Position numbers and translations under genes: made by a program. 64,000 nucleotides of DNA from Thalia democratica (Eukaryota): positions 25,978,001 to 26,042,000 of the forward strand of contig OZ241831.1 of the NCBI GenBank assembly GCA_965202585.1, read 5' to 3'. Below the pieces are notes generated by a model. The model had not been told where the DNA came from. It worked only from the letters and a program-made list of their open reading frames with translations, and searched no databases. Shown piece after piece: positions 61,694-64,000 of this stretch (position 1 is its first letter; each line of letters begins with the position of its first letter).

Positions 61694-64000
61694 ATTTAAA
61701 GTAGCATTACAGTATCTTTCAAGTAACTCTATATTATTAAAAGCATCATTAACATTTAACTTTATACTTGAGGAAGAACAAGAAAACTTTTACTTTTAAA
61801 ATCCTAGAAGAATATCAGAAAACTTGGAAGAAAATTATAAAATTATCAGAATGCTGAAGTTATCTTAACCACATAGAAAATAACTAAATATATATAAATG
61901 TGTTTTATAGAAATCAGATACAAAATCAAGTTGCTTAAAGATTACTTGATGAAATCTTAACACAAAAACTGGTTTAAATGCATATGTAAGTACTATATTG
62001 ACCTATTTTTTTTTCCTAAAATTCTGATCTACGTTGTAACAAGTGAGTTAATTTTTTTTTAATTATTTTACCTCCCTGCAACTAAAATATTAGAATCTAC
62101 AGCCAAAACGACATTAAAAAACTGAGTTGAAGTAATTAAAAGGCTTGATATTAGAAGTTTTTATGTATTTTTTTCACATCAATTAAACTATGTAAAGAAG
62201 TAGAATCTTATATCGGTGACATATTTTTATTACTTGATAATTAATTAAAGATTTTTCTAATTAGTACATTAGTGACGATAACCGAACAGGCTTAGTTTCA
62301 GATAATTTAACTATATTTATTTTTAACTATTGTTTATGTTATTAAAGTTTTTCTGTAGTAGCTTGACTTATCAACTTTTTAAAAGAGTCGAAATAAAAAC
62401 AAAACTTAAAAATAATAAAATTGCTTTTGTTCGTCCCGGTTAAATTTTACCATCAATGTGTCTATCCATAAGTAATTTAATGACAAGTGTGAACAGTTTA
62501 AGTTTCACACAAAAAAAAATATTTCACATAAAATAAAACATTGTTATTAAGTTATTGGCTATTAAATAAATATACGAACAGACACAAATGATAATAAAAT
62601 TTTGCAACCGAACAATATCTATAAAGAAAACTGTTATACAAAACTTAGTACAAATAAGACAATTTTTTTAGCTTCAAGTTTATTCGTAAAATTCAAAATA
62701 AATAACATGAAAAAGCACAATAGAATCTTACATGTAAAAAATGCAGGAGGTATAAAACACGTATTATACAAAAAACTTTCACTTTAAACTCGCTTAACAA
62801 ACGGCAGAAAAAGCTATAAAAACTAATAGCAGTAAATCTTTTTTATTATTGTAATTGACAGAAACATTAACTTTTGTCTAAACTGATTGTTTGTGAGTTA
62901 AAAAATGCATGAAACCATTAGTAAGCTTATTTTTCTGTGCACACTTTTCTGACATGAAAATTAAGGCTAAAAGTCAAATAAAAAAAAAAAATTCTAAAAA
63001 AATACTAATATGCTAAGGTGTGCGACAAATATAACAGTTTAACTATACAAACATTGTTCGGTTGCAAAAATTTGATTGTAAAATCGCACTTAAAACAATA
63101 AATAAAAATATCTGAAAACGACATAAGGACTTAGAAGTAGAGGACGAACACAAAATTTAAAAATTGTTGATTAAAACATATTTTTAAAAAATGCAATTTT
63201 AGTTTTTACATTACATGTCATTTACATAATGATAAGGCATGATATAATTTTAACACTGTGGTGTAAAACTTTACATTTGCAAATTTATGATCATTTTTTA
63301 TCAAGATACTACTAGTAAATGGTTTTATAATCTAAAAAGTATTTTGAAGAAAAATTACATACAAAAATCTCAATTAAACTAAATTTACAGATCAGCAAAC
63401 AAAAAATTCAATTACAAGATAGTAAAAATTAGGACATTTTATGATAGAAATAAATTTTGTCATTTTTAGAGTCGTAATCTAAAGTATTAAAAACATAACA
63501 GTAGTAACTCTTAAAAGCTTAACAGCTTTTGACAGCAACATAGGTACCAAAATAAAAGCACAAAACGTACTATTTTTCAGCTGTAACATACAGATAACAT
63601 TGTACCGTAGAAAAAATTTAAAAAAAATAATAGCAGAAAAAGTGGCCTGGGCAACCCTTAATAGCAATGGTTTAGGTTTATCTTAAGGACATTAGTGATA
63701 ACGCTTTATAGTTTATAAATTAAAACGAATAGTTCATTGGTAATTTTTCAGTGAAATTTATTTATATACCTTTTGTAAACTATAATTACACGTTATAAGG
63801 TTAAACAGTAATCTGAGGCCTTCAAACTACAAATAAAAGTTGTTTCAACAGTTTAAAACTAAATGAAATATTCAGTAAACTTTTAGAAATATATAACAGC
63901 TATAAGTAACAAACTAGTTTGACATAAATGATTTTATATAATAAAATGACTCAATAAACACTAAATATAACAATTTTACAACTTGTCTACAGGCTCCAAG

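Noticed and set aside
2187-63667. Numerous 60-90 aa K/F/L/I-rich ORFs in the ORF track with TTG or GTG starts
   Set aside because: These are expected by chance in very AT-rich DNA; apart from those overlapping real exons, they show no motifs or splice support.

Overview
Very AT-rich, intron-rich eukaryotic (metazoan) genomic DNA. A tunicate or other invertebrate chordate is a weak inference, and the species cannot be determined. I reconstructed four spliced genes by hand, with every intron GT-AG and every frame phase-consistent: FBXO39 (+, 4 exons, 368-7603), an SLC22 organic cation transporter (+, 13 exons, 11035-25648), exosome subunit EXOSC2/RRP4 (+, 7 exons, 35166-41245), and the 3' 13 exons of a ZNF532/592/687-type zinc-finger gene (-, 54731-59100, 5' end not found in the window). 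Introns and intergenic DNA hold many non-autonomous DNA transposons: Mutator-like with 9-bp TSDs, hAT-like with 8-bp TSDs, a TA-TSD MITE, a minisatellite-armed foldback element, and elements with apparent 6-bp TSDs. There are also three 5'-truncated Penelope-like (GIY-YIG) retroelement remnants. The main hidden signal is about nine minimal type I hammerhead ribozyme motifs, invisible to the ORF track. Three lie downstream of GIY-YIG remnants, and across the set the catalytic-core 3-8 pair occurs as C-G, U-A and G-C. One Penelope copy is an inverted duplication whose short arm ends at the ribozyme cleavage site. A second oddity is single exons with very high GC3 inside otherwise AT-rich genes. 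All coordinates and counts are by eye; nothing was searched or folded computationally.
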